Virus record (IMG/VR): IMGVR_UViG_3300046171_000197
Strand: one strand, 5' to 3'
Origin: a virus
Length of the DNA: 64,000 bases
Of this stretch, positions 1-11,237 are shown in pieces. The first letter of the stretch is position 1. Each line of letters starts with the position of its first letter. Under the pieces are notes generated by a model. It ran no database searches. It saw only the letters and a program-made list of their open reading frames with translations, and was not told the DNA's origin. A program made the translations under genes and the position numbers.

Positions 1-2431
1 TTCATGACTCGTGAGAAGTTTTATCCAACTCTTTTTGTCAACTCTAAAAGAAAGAGTAAGTACAAAACATTGACAGGTCAAGCAGTTGAACCTGTTAAAC
101 CTGGTACTGTGCGTGATTGTCGGGAGTTTATTAAAGGGTATAGTGAAGTTGAAAACTTTGATATTTACGGGAATGAAAGATTTATATACCAATATATTTC
201 TGATAAGTATTCAGAGAATGAAGTTAAGTTTGATATTGAAAAGATAAAGTTAGTGACTCTTGATATTGAGGTAAAGTCTGAGAATGGTTTCCCTGATGTA
301 GAATCTGCTGCTGAAGAAATACTACTCATATCAATACAGGATTATACAACAAAACAGATCCATACTTGGGGTCTAGGTGAATTTAATAATAAACAAAAGA
401 ATGTAATTTACAAGTCATTCAGTACAGAGTATGATCTTCTAAATGCATTCATTAATTGGTGGATGATAGAGAGTAATACACCAGAAGTTATTACAGGTTG
501 GAACAGTAAGTTATATGATATACCATATGTTTGTCGTAGACTCGAAAGAGTTCTTGGTTCTAAGTTGATGAAACGTATGTCACCTTGGGGTTTAGTGACT
601 GAATGCGAAACTCATATTATGGGTCGTAGACATATCTCATATGATATTGGTGGTGTATCGCAGTTAGATTATCTTGACTTGTATAAGAAGTTTACTTACA
701 AAGCGCAAGAGTCATATCGTTTGGATTACATTGCAAGTGTTGAACTTGGTCAAAAGAAATTAGACCACTCAGAGTTTGATACGTTTAAGGACTTCTATAC
801 AAATGGTTGGCAGAAGTTTGTAGAATATAACATCATTGACGTTGAACTTGTTGATCGTATGGAAGACAAGATGAAACTGATTGAGTTGGCATTGACGATG
901 GCATATGATGCGAAGGTCAACTATGAAGATGTATTCTATCAGGTAAGAATGTGGGATACAATTATCTACAATTATCTTAAGAGAAGAAATATTGTTATAC
1001 CCCCAAAAGAAAGATCTGATAAATCTGATAAGTATGCAGGTGCATATGTAAAGGAACCAATACCTGGCAAGTATGATTGGGTGGTTTCTTTTGACTTGAA
1101 TAGTCTATATCCACATTTGATTATGCAGTATAATATTTCACCAGAAACTTTACTTGAAACAAAACATCCAACAGTTACAGTTGATAAAATTCTCAATGAA
1201 GAATTGACATTTGAGATGTATCAAGACAATGCTGTTTGTGCAAATGGTGCGATGTATCGTAAAGATGTTCGTGGTTTCTTACCAGAACTTATGGAGAAGA
1301 TGTATAACGAAAGAGTCATCTTCAAAAAGAGAATGATCAAAGCAAAGAAAGAATATGAAAAGACTAAAACAAAAGATCTTGAAAAAGAAATTGCCCGTTG
1401 TAATAATATCCAGATGGCTAAAAAGATTTCTCTTAACTCTGCCTATGGTGCAATTGGTAATCAATACTTCCGATATTATAAATTAGCAAATGCAGAAGCA
1501 ATTACCTTATCGGGACAGGTTTCTATTCGTTGGATAGAAAACAAAATGAATGCATATCTAAACAAAATTTTAAAAACGGAGAATACTGATTATGTTATTG
1601 CCAGTGATACTGATTCTATCTACCTTAATCTTGGTCCTTTGGTGGAGGTCATATACAAAGATCGAGAGAAGGATGGTGCGAGCATTTGTTCGTTCCTTAA
1701 TAAGATCTGTGAGATGGAATTTGAAAAATATATTACGGGTTCTTATGAAACGTTGGCGAAGTACGTAAATGCTTATGATCAGAAGATGTTTATGAAAAGA
1801 GAGAACATCGCAGATCGTGGTATATGGACAGCAAAGAAAAGATATATTTTAAATGTCTGGGATAGTGAAGGAGTTAGATATGAGGAACCTAATCTTAAGA
1901 TGATGGGTATTGAGGCAGTTAAGTCATCAACTCCTGCACCTTGTCGCACCATGATTAAGAATGGTCTCAAGATCATGATGAATGGAACTGAGGAAGAAGT
2001 CATTGATTATATTGATGATTGTCGCACAAAGTTTAGAAAACTTCCACCAGAAGAAATTGCATTTCCTCGCACAGCATCTAATGTTCAGAAGTATAAAGCA
2101 TCTTCTACAATCTATGCAAAAGGAACTCCAATACATGTTCGGGGTGCATTATTATTCAATCATTATATAAAGCAGAAGAAGTTGGATAATAAATATTCAC
2201 TTATTGGTAATGGAGAGAAAGTTAAAGTTTCTTTATTTGAAAAAACCAAATATTATACAAGAGAATGTAATTTCTTTCATTCAAGACTTTCCAACTGAAA
2301 TTGGACTTGACAAGTATATAGATTATGATCTACAATTTGAGAAGAGTTTTGTTGAACCAATCAAAGCAATTCTTGATGCGATTGGTTGGAATGTTGAAAA
2401 AACTGTAAACCTAGAATTATTTTTTACCTAA
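1..2431 (+). CDS. gp43: Family B DNA polymerase (T4 gp43-like); 5' end probably outside the window; apparent +1 frameshift near 2225
   Basis: ExoI DIE, SFDLNSLYP, KISLNSAYG and ASDTDS motifs; ORF 2204..2431 supplies the C-terminus (KFLYLKKPN...IDYDLQFEKSF). Confidence 0.97.
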
Positions 2432-2592
2432 TGGATTTACCTATTGATTTAAATGAACTTGATGTTATCATTGAGTCTGTATCAGATGTTGATACTGAAT
2501 TATGTCGAAAACTAAGATTAGTTAAAGGTTTAGTTGAAGATGGAAAACCTTATAAAAAGATACTTCGTGAAAAGTATGGTTATGTAGCATAA
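2431..2592 (+). CDS. Small hypothetical protein (53 aa, MDLPIDLNELDV...)
   Basis: Read by eye; TAATG-coupled to both neighbours. Confidence 0.65.
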   Translation: MDLPIDLNELDVIIESVSDVDTELCRKLRLVKGLVEDGKPYKKILREKYGYVA

Positions 2593-3053
2593 TGTTTTTT
2601 AAAAAATTGAGTCTTGTTACTGGTGGATTTGATCCTATTCATAGTGGACATATATCATATTTTACAAGAGCTAAAGATTTTTCTGATTACCTTGTAGTTG
2701 GTATCAATACAGAAGAATGGTTAACTAAAAAGAAAGGTCAATACTTTCAATCTTGGGTTGAACGTGCAGAGATTATTCGACATCTTAATATGGTTGATGC
2801 AGTTATTACTGTACCAGATGATGATAAAGGTTCTGCCTGTGGTGCAATTGAAAAATGCTTAGAGATATCAGAGAAAGTTGTTTTCTGTAATGGTGGAGAT
2901 AGAGGATCTGACAATACACCAGAAACTGATAAGTATGATAAAGATCCAAGAGTTGAATTTCAATTTGGTATTGGTGGTGATGATAAGATGAATAGTAGTT
3001 CTTGGATACTTAAGGGTTACTTTGAAAGACAACGTAAATTATTAGGAATATGA
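2592..3053 (+). CDS. Cytidylyltransferase-like protein (HIGH superfamily, TagD/RfaE-II type)
   Basis: VTGGFDPIHSGH, NGGDR and KMNSSS motifs. Confidence 0.88.
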   Translation: MFFKKLSLVTGGFDPIHSGHISYFTRAKDFSDYLVVGINTEEWLTKKKGQYFQSWVERAEIIRHLNMVDAVITVPDDDKGSACGAIEKCLEISEKVVFCNGGDRGSDNTPETDKYDKDPRVEFQFGIGGDDKMNSSSWILKGYFERQRKLLGI

Positions 3054-3199
3054 ATTGTTGGCATTGTAATGCAGAATTGATCTGGGGTGGAGATCATGAC
3101 CTTGACGATTATGAAGATATGGAGTATGATATAGTTACAAACTTATCATGCCCAAAGTGTGAATCATACGTTGAAGTCTATCATAAGATAGAAAAATAA
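3050..3199 (+). CDS. Small Zn-ribbon protein (MNCWHC...CPKC)
   Basis: 49-aa ORF read by eye with two CxxC pairs; ATGA overlap upstream. Confidence 0.7.
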   Translation: MNCWHCNAELIWGGDHDLDDYEDMEYDIVTNLSCPKCESYVEVYHKIEK

Positions 3200-3201
3200 T
3201 T

Positions 3202-4209
3202 ATGGATTTTTTAAAGGAAATAGTAAAAGAGATTGGTGATGAATACACTCAACTCGCAGCGGATATAGATGAAACAGAAAGATTCATCGACACAGGATCA
3301 CACATCTTTAATGCAGTGGTTAGCGGTTCCATTTATGGTGGTGTTTCTAGTAATAAGATCACTGCCATTGCTGGTGAAACTAGTACTGGTAAAACTTATT
3401 TTGCCCTTGCTGTTGTCAAGAACTTTTTGGACACTAATCCTGATGGGTATTGCCTCTATTTTGATACTGAAGCTGCAATCACCAAGGGATTACTTACATC
3501 TCGTGGAATTGATCAAACAAGACTTGTTGTTGTCAATGTCGTTACTATAGAAGAGTTCCGAAGCAAAGCACTCCGTGCAGTAGATATATACCTCAAGACA
3601 GATGAAGAGGATCGCAAACCTTGTATGTTTGTGTTAGACTCTTTAGGTATGCTCTCTACAGAGAAAGAGATAAGAGATGCATTAGATGATAAGCAAGTCC
3701 GTGATATGACCAAATCACAACTTGTCAAGGGAGCATTCCGTATGCTAACATTAAAACTTGGTCAAGCAAACATTCCACTTATAGTCACAAATCATACTTA
3801 CGATGTCATCGGATCTTATGTCCCAACTAAAGAAATGGGAGGAGGCTCTGGTCTCAAATATGCCGCTTCTACGATCATTTATCTCAGCAAAAAAAAGGAA
3901 AAGGATAAGACAGAGGTTGTTGGAAACATTATTAAAGCTAAGACGGCTAAATCCAGACTCTCAAAAGAAAACCAACAAGTAGAGATAAGACTCTATTATG
4001 ATGAAAGAGGTTTAGACAGATACTATGGTCTTCTTGAATTAGGAGAACTTGGTGGGATGTGGAAGAATGTAGCAGGTAGATATGAAATGAATGGTAAGAA
4101 AATATATGCTAAAGAAATATTAAGGAATCCGACAGAATACTTTACTGATGATATAATGAAACAACTAGACACTATTGCCAAGAAGCAGTTTTCCTATGGA
4201 TCGGATTGA
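3202..4209 (+). CDS. uvsX: RecA-like recombinase UvsX
   Basis: Walker A GETSTGKT, YFDTE, LDSLG, MGGGSG; position before gp41. Confidence 0.96.
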   Translation: MDFLKEIVKEIGDEYTQLAADIDETERFIDTGSHIFNAVVSGSIYGGVSSNKITAIAGETSTGKTYFALAVVKNFLDTNPDGYCLYFDTEAAITKGLLTSRGIDQTRLVVVNVVTIEEFRSKALRAVDIYLKTDEEDRKPCMFVLDSLGMLSTEKEIRDALDDKQVRDMTKSQLVKGAFRMLTLKLGQANIPLIVTNHTYDVIGSYVPTKEMGGGSGLKYAASTIIYLSKKKEKDKTEVVGNIIKAKTAKSRLSKENQQVEIRLYYDERGLDRYYGLLELGELGGMWKNVAGRYEMNGKKIYAKEILRNPTEYFTDDIMKQLDTIAKKQFSYGSD

Positions 4210-5572
4210 GACCACAATACTCCAAAACTTAATATACAATGAAGAATATTCTCGTAAAGTCATTCCTTTTATTGAACCCGATTACTTTGAAAATAAATCT
4301 GAAAGAGTCACCTTTGAACAGACTGCAGAGTTTATTGTTAAGTATGGTTCTGCGATTACAATTGAAGCTTTAAATATTGAAATTGATAATCGTACAGATC
4401 TTACTGAAACAGAAGTCAAAGAGATTCGTGAACTAAATGGTTTCCTAACTAATACACCAGTTGATTATCAATGGTTGATGGATACTACTGAGAAGTGGTG
4501 TCGTGATCGTGCAATTTATCTTGCACTCATGGAATCTATTCAACTTGCTGATGGTGATGAGAGTAAAAAGAATAAAGATGCAATACCATCGATTCTTTCA
4601 GATGCACTAGCAGTATCATTTGACAATCATGTCGGACACGACTACTTAGAAGACTACGAAGAAAGATATGACTTATATCACAGAAAGGAAGAAAGAATTC
4701 AATTCGACCTCGATTTTTTCAATAAGATTACGAAGGGTGGGGTTCCAAATAAAACACTCAATATTGCTCTCGCTGGCACTGGTGTTGGTAAATCTTTGTT
4801 TATGTGTCATGTCGCAAGTAGTGTGCTACTCCAAGGAAAGAACGTATTATACATCACACTTGAAATGGCTGAAGAAAAGATTGCAGAAAGAATTGATGCT
4901 AATCTTTTAAATGTAGCAATCCAAGATATTACTGATTTACCTAAACCAATGTTTGATAAAAAGGTAAATAGTATTGCGAAGAAAACACAAGGAACATTAA
5001 TAATAAAAGAATATCCAACTGCATCTGCACATTCTGGTCACTTCAAATCCCTACTAAACGAACTATCGTTGAAAAAATCTTTTAAACCTGATATAATATT
5101 CATAGATTATCTAAACATTTGTGCATCAAGTCGTTATTCTAAAATAGGAAATGTCAATTCTTACTCGTATATTAAAGCCATTGCTGAAGAACTCCGTGGT
5201 CTTGCAGTTGAGGCTAATGTACCTATCATCTCCGCTACTCAGACGACTCGTTCTGGTTACGGTAGTAGTGATGTTGATCTTACTGACACAAGCGAGTCGT
5301 TCGGTCTTCCCGCCACTGCTGATCTTATGTTTGCTCTTATTAGTACAGAGGAGCTTGAGGGGCTTGGGCAGATAATGGTTAAACAATTAAAGAACAGATA
5401 CAATGATCCAACCATCTATAAAAGGTTTGTCATTGGAGTTGATCGTGCGAAGATGAGATTATATGACTGTGAACAGAAAGCGCAAGATGATATTCTTGAC
5501 AGTGGACAAGATGAGGAGTATAATGAACATAAGCAAAAACCTAAGAAATCATTCGCAGAATTTAAATTTTAA
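4196..5572 (+). CDS. gp41: Replicative DnaB-like helicase (T4 gp41)
   Basis: AGTGVGKS, ITLEM, IDYLNI, SATQTTR, KQLKNRY; ATG at 4196 preferred. Confidence 0.96.
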   Translation: MDRIETTILQNLIYNEEYSRKVIPFIEPDYFENKSERVTFEQTAEFIVKYGSAITIEALNIEIDNRTDLTETEVKEIRELNGFLTNTPVDYQWLMDTTEKWCRDRAIYLALMESIQLADGDESKKNKDAIPSILSDALAVSFDNHVGHDYLEDYEERYDLYHRKEERIQFDLDFFNKITKGGVPNKTLNIALAGTGVGKSLFMCHVASSVLLQGKNVLYITLEMAEEKIAERIDANLLNVAIQDITDLPKPMFDKKVNSIAKKTQGTLIIKEYPTASAHSGHFKSLLNELSLKKSFKPDIIFIDYLNICASSRYSKIGNVNSYSYIKAIAEELRGLAVEANVPIISATQTTRSGYGSSDVDLTDTSESFGLPATADLMFALISTEELEGLGQIMVKQLKNRYNDPTIYKRFVIGVDRAKMRLYDCEQKAQDDILDSGQDEEYNEHKQKPKKSFAEFKF

Positions 5573-5775
5573 TGTCTGAATCTAAAAACAACAAAATTGA
5601 AAACTATGATCGTTACATTAGAGAAGGTGGTGATCTGACTCTTGAACAGATCGAAACTCTTGTTAAATATAGTTTAGATGTAGCTGACACACCACTTAAA
5701 ACTGATGCTTTTGATGATTTTATGTCTATCATCATCGAAGGACTTAATGATCGTAAAAAAACTAAAAAATCCTAA
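5572..5775 (+). CDS. Hypothetical protein (67 aa)
   Basis: TAATG coupling on both sides. Confidence 0.6.
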   Translation: MSESKNNKIENYDRYIREGGDLTLEQIETLVKYSLDVADTPLKTDAFDDFMSIIIEGLNDRKKTKKS

Positions 5776-6185
5776 TGACTAAAAAAATTGACTTTGATAA
5801 GTATGCTCTATTCGTGGATGGTGTCACATCCGATTCCAGTAAGGATTATCAATGCTTTATTGAGAGTATTAGTTCCCTTGACGGAAAGGGTGCCAATATT
5901 CACAGGCTTCTTACTGCTGCTGTTGGGATTAGTGCTGAAGGTGGTGAGTTTATGGAGATCGTTAAGAAGATGGTATTCCAAGGTAAACCTTGGGACGAGC
6001 ATAATCGAAAGCATCTTATTATTGAGTTGGGTGACGTTATGTGGTATGTAATGCAAGCATGTAAAGCATTAGATGTTTCAATTGAAGAAGTGGTTGCAGG
6101 TAATGTAGATAAATTAAAGAAGAGATATCCTGGTGGGGAGTTTAATGTCTACCAGTCAGAAAATCGTAAGGAGGGAGACCTATGA
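5775..6185 (+). CDS. mazG: MazG-family nucleotide pyrophosphohydrolase
   Basis: EGGEFMEIVKK, ELGDVMWY, KLKKRYP; usual position after gp41 in cyanomyoviruses. Confidence 0.93.
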   Translation: MTKKIDFDKYALFVDGVTSDSSKDYQCFIESISSLDGKGANIHRLLTAAVGISAEGGEFMEIVKKMVFQGKPWDEHNRKHLIIELGDVMWYVMQACKALDVSIEEVVAGNVDKLKKRYPGGEFNVYQSENRKEGDL

Positions 6186-6385
6186 GGGATCAATTAATCA
6201 GAGCACTTTTAGCACATGCTAATGGTGATATTCAAAAACATGTAGCAAATGTAGAGGTTTATTTAACTAATCCTGCAGGTATCGGTGAGCATTCTGATAT
6301 AACAGAAGCAATCGAAACTGAATTAAATATAATTGCTAAGTATCAAGACCAGATTGACGTAATAAATAAATACTTCAAGAAGTAA
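6182..6385 (+). CDS. Hypothetical protein
   Basis: ATGA overlap and GGAG RBS. Confidence 0.7.
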   Translation: MRDQLIRALLAHANGDIQKHVANVEVYLTNPAGIGEHSDITEAIETELNIIAKYQDQIDVINKYFKK

Positions 6386-6393
6386 TTTAAAAT

Positions 6394-7881
6394 ATGTTCA
6401 AAGCGCAAACTGAGGACAAAGAATCTTTACAAGCATTAGCATTTTCTTTAAGACAGAATAAAGGATCTGATATTACCTTTGATGAAATAAAGAATGCTAT
6501 GATAAATTACAACGCACAACCTTACTCTGTCAGAGACTGTTGTGGCATTGATGAAACTAAATTAGTTCCAAGATTTAGTAATTGGGCAACTGTTGGAGAT
6601 GAAAAAGATGTTGAGGGTTGGATAAATTCATCTATGTGGACAGCTAACGCTGTTATTGGTTCACATGTTCCGTCAAGAGGAGATTATATTTTTTATAATA
6701 CAATTGGAGACCCAATATTCAGAGGTGCATTTAAAAAATTAGCACAGGGTGTAGTTAAAAATGCAAAGAATGGAACTGTTAGAAGAGTATACTCAATAGT
6801 ATCAGAAGGAACGGGAGATAAATGGAATCCTGCTGACGTTATAGCAATAAAAAAAGATCAATCAAATAAAATTATTGGAGAATGGGAAAATTTTAAGAAG
6901 GGTAAACCAACATATAAATCTGATACAACAATAAAAAAAGAAAATGAAAAATTACTTAAAGATAATAAAAATAATGTATCATTAAATCTTGTTGACGATA
7001 TGGGCATGCTCTTTGATTATAATCAATATGTTGATGATCTTTACAAATCAAACACATGTATTCCAATATCTTTAAAAAAAGTAGCACCGACAGCAAAAGA
7101 ATTAAAAGAGGTTACTACCCCTAATGTTCTAGTAAAAAAATTTGATCATAAGGCAACACAGGGAATAGAAGATTCTATAAATTTAGATATTCAAATTACA
7201 AGTGTTGACTATAAACCTGATGCTATGAAGTGTATTGTTAATTTTAAATTAGCAGGAGAGAGTGGTCATTTTATGGATATAAGAGGATTTGAAAGTAGTA
7301 AAAAGGTTGCCAATGTTCAGATGCAACTTCAAAAAGGAACAGCTGCCAACCACGGTAAGGCAACACTACCTGCATTTTCTTTAATCACAATACTATCAAA
7401 TGGTTTGAGAGCTGTGAATACTGCTAAAAAAATTAGAAAAAAACTTTTTGGTAATATATTAATACCAAGTAGTGCAGATCATAAATTTACTGATTATCAA
7501 CTTTTTAATAGATATGCTTTTAATAGAAAAGGTAGATTTTCCCAAGAAACTATAAATGATGATGCTATATTATGGGCAGAGTATTGCAATCAATTATCAT
7601 CAGATAAAATGAGTGTGACAAAATTTATGGAACAATATAATAAAAAATTGGGAAAAAGTAATAATTATAAAGACGCAGCTAAGTATCTTAAAAACAAAGT
7701 TCAATCATATGAAGTTGGTTATGTTTTAGATAAAGGTAAAGGTAAAATATCAGATTTAGTTAAACAAAATATTATGAAAAGTGTTTACTCACTTGCAGCA
7801 TCAAAAGGATTTAGAATATTTGGTGATAAAAAAATTACTGATTATATGACATCTAGTACATATATTAAGGTAGGAGGATAA
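6394..7881 (+). CDS. Large basic protein, possible PD-(D/E)xK-type nuclease
   Basis: 495-aa Lys-rich ORF with DKWNPADV...IPISLKK motif pair; the function call is inference. Confidence 0.5.
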   Translation: MFKAQTEDKESLQALAFSLRQNKGSDITFDEIKNAMINYNAQPYSVRDCCGIDETKLVPRFSNWATVGDEKDVEGWINSSMWTANAVIGSHVPSRGDYIFYNTIGDPIFRGAFKKLAQGVVKNAKNGTVRRVYSIVSEGTGDKWNPADVIAIKKDQSNKIIGEWENFKKGKPTYKSDTTIKKENEKLLKDNKNNVSLNLVDDMGMLFDYNQYVDDLYKSNTCIPISLKKVAPTAKELKEVTTPNVLVKKFDHKATQGIEDSINLDIQITSVDYKPDAMKCIVNFKLAGESGHFMDIRGFESSKKVANVQMQLQKGTAANHGKATLPAFSLITILSNGLRAVNTAKKIRKKLFGNILIPSSADHKFTDYQLFNRYAFNRKGRFSQETINDDAILWAEYCNQLSSDKMSVTKFMEQYNKKLGKSNNYKDAAKYLKNKVQSYEVGYVLDKGKGKISDLVKQNIMKSVYSLAASKGFRIFGDKKITDYMTSSTYIKVGG

Positions 7882-8117
7882 TGAAACAGAACATCCCAAT
7901 CAAAGACCTCATGGATTCATTTGAATCTGATGAAAAGAACAAAGGTAAAAGATATCGTGAGTTCTTGTATCATTGTTTTTTGAAGTTTGAAAAACAGATG
8001 AAAAAAATAAAATCTAAAAAGATAATAAATAGGTATGAAACTATGAGAAAAAATACTTTTAGTTACTTAATTCAAAACGAAAGAGAGATAACTTTAAAAT
8101 TATCCCGATCCAGATGA
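7881..8117 (+). CDS. Small basic hypothetical protein
   Basis: GGAGG RBS; coupled to both neighbours. Confidence 0.65.
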   Translation: MKQNIPIKDLMDSFESDEKNKGKRYREFLYHCFLKFEKQMKKIKSKKIINRYETMRKNTFSYLIQNEREITLKLSRSR

Positions 8118-9334
8118 AATCTTTTTTCCAATTTTTAGAATCTAATGCAGTCCAACAAGCAACCCGTATGGGATTGACTAGTGATGGTCATGGAGGATGG
8201 TACGATAAAAAGGGCGAGTTTGTCGCAAAGACAGATAAAGGATCATTAAAATTCTTTAATAAGAGACAGAAAGTAGGAGAGCAAGATCCACCATCTACAG
8301 AGAAAGAAAAGAGTTTATCTGGTATACAACCAGCAGGTGCACAACAACCTGCACAAGAACCAGTTGCTAAGTTACCAGAAGCACCACCAGAAGTAGAGAA
8401 AACAAAAGGAACATTAACAGTTGCATTTGGTAGATTTAATCCTCCTACAACAGGACATGAAAAATTATTGAATCAAGTTTCTAAATCATCAGATGAAGAT
8501 GACTATATTATTGTTCCATCAAGAAGTCAGGATGCAAAGAAGAATCCATTAGATGCTGATAGTAAAGTCGGTATTATGAGACAAATGTTTCCAAAGCATA
8601 GTGAAAAGATTGTCAATGATCCTGCAAACAGAACTATCTTTGACGTATTAAAGAAAGCACATAACGATGGATATGCAGGTGTTAGAGTTGTGGGTGGTGC
8701 AGATCGTCAGAAAGAATTTGATAAGTTAGTTAATACTTACAATGGAAAGTTATATAAGTTTGATAAAGTAGAAGTTGTATCAGCAGGTGATCGTGATCCT
8801 GATGCCGATGATGTTACAGGAATGTCTGCATCAAAACAAAGAAAAGCAGCGGCAGAAGGAGATTTAAAATCTTTTATGAAAGGTATTCCATCTACAATGG
8901 AAAAGAAAGCAGCAGAAGATTTATATAAGAATATACGAAAAGCAATGCAGATTAAAGAAGGTTGGAATCTTTGGGAGATTGCACCTAAGTTTGATTGGGA
9001 AGGATTACGTGAAAACTATATTGGTGAAAAGGTATATCAGATTGGTAATCTAGTCGAAAATTTAAATACAGGATTAATTGGACGTATTATACGTCGTGGT
9101 GCAAATCATCTTATCTGTGTTACAGAGAATAATTTTATGTTTAAATCATGGATAAAAGATGTTACAGAAACAAAAAAAGAATCTTATGATTTACCCACTG
9201 AGGTATCTGGTGTACCAGCAGATCAAAGATTAATTGGCACTGATTCACTACGTAAATACACTGAGACAATGGTGAAAGGAAGTGCCTACGGAAAACATTT
9301 CCTAAATAAATATAGGAAAAAATCAAAACAATAA
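8114..9334 (+). CDS. HIGH-superfamily nucleotidyltransferase (NadD/CoaD-like) with CTS-like N-terminus
   Basis: FGRFNPPTTGH, VGGADR, MSASKQR; N-terminus MKSFFQFLES. Confidence 0.8.
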   Translation: MKSFFQFLESNAVQQATRMGLTSDGHGGWYDKKGEFVAKTDKGSLKFFNKRQKVGEQDPPSTEKEKSLSGIQPAGAQQPAQEPVAKLPEAPPEVEKTKGTLTVAFGRFNPPTTGHEKLLNQVSKSSDEDDYIIVPSRSQDAKKNPLDADSKVGIMRQMFPKHSEKIVNDPANRTIFDVLKKAHNDGYAGVRVVGGADRQKEFDKLVNTYNGKLYKFDKVEVVSAGDRDPDADDVTGMSASKQRKAAAEGDLKSFMKGIPSTMEKKAAEDLYKNIRKAMQIKEGWNLWEIAPKFDWEGLRENYIGEKVYQIGNLVENLNTGLIGRIIRRGANHLICVTENNFMFKSWIKDVTETKKESYDLPTEVSGVPADQRLIGTDSLRKYTETMVKGSAYGKHFLNKYRKKSKQ

Positions 9335-9338
9335 ATTG

Positions 9339-11237
9339 ATGGATAAACCAGTGGCTGCTGCTCCAACAGGAGCAAAGGAAAAAGTTGAGAAGCAAGCAAG
9401 ACAACTTGCATACGATGTAAGGTATAAAACAAAGCAATCACTTGCTCAAAAGAGTGGTGGAAAAGTAGATCCTGCTGCTGTCAGTAAGATGTATATGTCA
9501 CAACTTGCAAAGTCTCCTGCACCTCCTGCAATCAAAGCAAGAGCAAAGCAAATGCTTATGGGTGAAGATTATAAGAGTGATTTAGGTAGATTAGTTTCTA
9601 ACAGTGCAGCATCTGCATTATACAAAGTATTTGTTGAGCATCATCAGAAAGATGCTAATGGTAAAGTAATAGAGCATGAAGATACAACACCTAGTTCTGA
9701 AGATATAAACGAAGAAGAAAAATCATACAAGGTTAGAGTTACAGATAAGAAATCAAATAACTCTTATGTAAGAATGGCAACTCGTGCTAAGATTGGTGAA
9801 CTTCGTAGTAATCCAAACATCGCATCTGTTGAAATGACAGAGTATGGATCACCTACTAAGTCAGAAAAATATAAGGGTAAGCAAACTGCAAAGGCGAAGC
9901 AAGGTCTTGATCCAGTCGGTAAAGAAGATGGTGATGTCAATAATGATGGTAAGAAAGATGGTACTGATAAGTATCTTATGAATCGTCGTAAGGCAATTGG
10001 TAAAGCAATGTCAAAAGAAGAGTATTCTTGGAGAGATGGTTTTGCTGATTTAATTGAAAAGAAACATAAAGAAGAAAAGAAAATCACTGGTGAAGGTGTT
10101 AACAATAAAAAACTCATCAAGGTCTTCCCTGATGATGTAAAAGAAATGTATGGTAGTGCCGCTGGAACTGGTGCATCAATGGCACAGCCAGCACCAGCAC
10201 CTGAGAAAAAACCAGATCCTCAGATAGCATCTAAGGAAAAGAAACAGGCAATGCTTAAAAAGCAAGTGCTTATGAAGAAATTACAGGCAGTCCGTGCAGG
10301 TGCAGGTTCTGATATTACATCTTCTTATAAAACAGATAAGAAATTAACTGAAGGTGAGGACAAACCTGAAGAAGTTTCATCAGATATGGGTGACATTACT
10401 TTTGATGCAGGTGGTGCAATACCAACAACTATCAAGGCAATTGGTGATCCAAGAGAACTTGAGACTGCAATGAAGTTAAAGAAAACACAACTTCGTGCGT
10501 CTGGTCTTAACATGTCTCATGAACCAGAAGGTGATATGGTTGAAGCAAAAGTAGACAAAGGAATGATCTTTGGAAAAGATGCAGCAAGAAATGAGAGAAG
10601 GTTTGGTACAAAAGGTAAATTTGATCCACAAGGATCTGGACCTCGTGGGCAAGACATATCACAAAGAGCAAAACTTGCAGTTCAAAGAAAGAGAGAACAC
10701 GAAGCAAAAAGAGGTGTGAAAACAAAAGGTAAGATGGGTGAAGCATATGTTGTCAATCAGGCAGACAAAACTTCAAACACTCCTGCGTATCAAGGAATGA
10801 AAGCAGGTAAGAAAAATAAACTTACTGGTGAACCTTTATATAAAAAAGCAGATAATATGAAAGAAAACTTAGTTACTATTTCTAATATCAATGTAAAACC
10901 AAGTGCTTATAAAGGTGAAAAAGATGCTATTAATGAGATTCTTGAAAAGGGAGCAAGAGGTAAAATAGGTTTTACTAGTGGTAGATCTGATAAGGAAAAT
11001 AGACAGGTGATGAAAACTAAAAAAGTGACTGTTAATAATCCAAAAGGTAGAAAAAGACATGAATCACCTATGGGTAAAACAATTGGTAAACTTAATCAAG
11101 TGAAAAGCAAGCAATATGATGCAGAAAAAAAAGGTGATACAAAAGCTGCAAATAAAGCTTTTGAAAGGAGAAAAAAGTTATCAGGAACATTATATGATAA
11201 AACTGGTAACTTCTACGACAGAGCAGACAACGACTAA
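9339..11237 (+). CDS. Large charged low-complexity protein, probable virion internal/core protein
   Basis: K/E-rich; repeated hydrophobic-x-E sites; Dx[DN]xDG loop DGDVNNDGKKD. Confidence 0.6.
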   Translation: MDKPVAAAPTGAKEKVEKQARQLAYDVRYKTKQSLAQKSGGKVDPAAVSKMYMSQLAKSPAPPAIKARAKQMLMGEDYKSDLGRLVSNSAASALYKVFVEHHQKDANGKVIEHEDTTPSSEDINEEEKSYKVRVTDKKSNNSYVRMATRAKIGELRSNPNIASVEMTEYGSPTKSEKYKGKQTAKAKQGLDPVGKEDGDVNNDGKKDGTDKYLMNRRKAIGKAMSKEEYSWRDGFADLIEKKHKEEKKITGEGVNNKKLIKVFPDDVKEMYGSAAGTGASMAQPAPAPEKKPDPQIASKEKKQAMLKKQVLMKKLQAVRAGAGSDITSSYKTDKKLTEGEDKPEEVSSDMGDITFDAGGAIPTTIKAIGDPRELETAMKLKKTQLRASGLNMSHEPEGDMVEAKVDKGMIFGKDAARNERRFGTKGKFDPQGSGPRGQDISQRAKLAVQRKREHEAKRGVKTKGKMGEAYVVNQADKTSNTPAYQGMKAGKKNKLTGEPLYKKADNMKENLVTISNINVKPSAYKGEKDAINEILEKGARGKIGFTSGRSDKENRQVMKTKKVTVNNPKGRKRHESPMGKTIGKLNQVKSKQYDAEKKGDTKAANKAFERRKKLSGTLYDKTGNFYDRADND

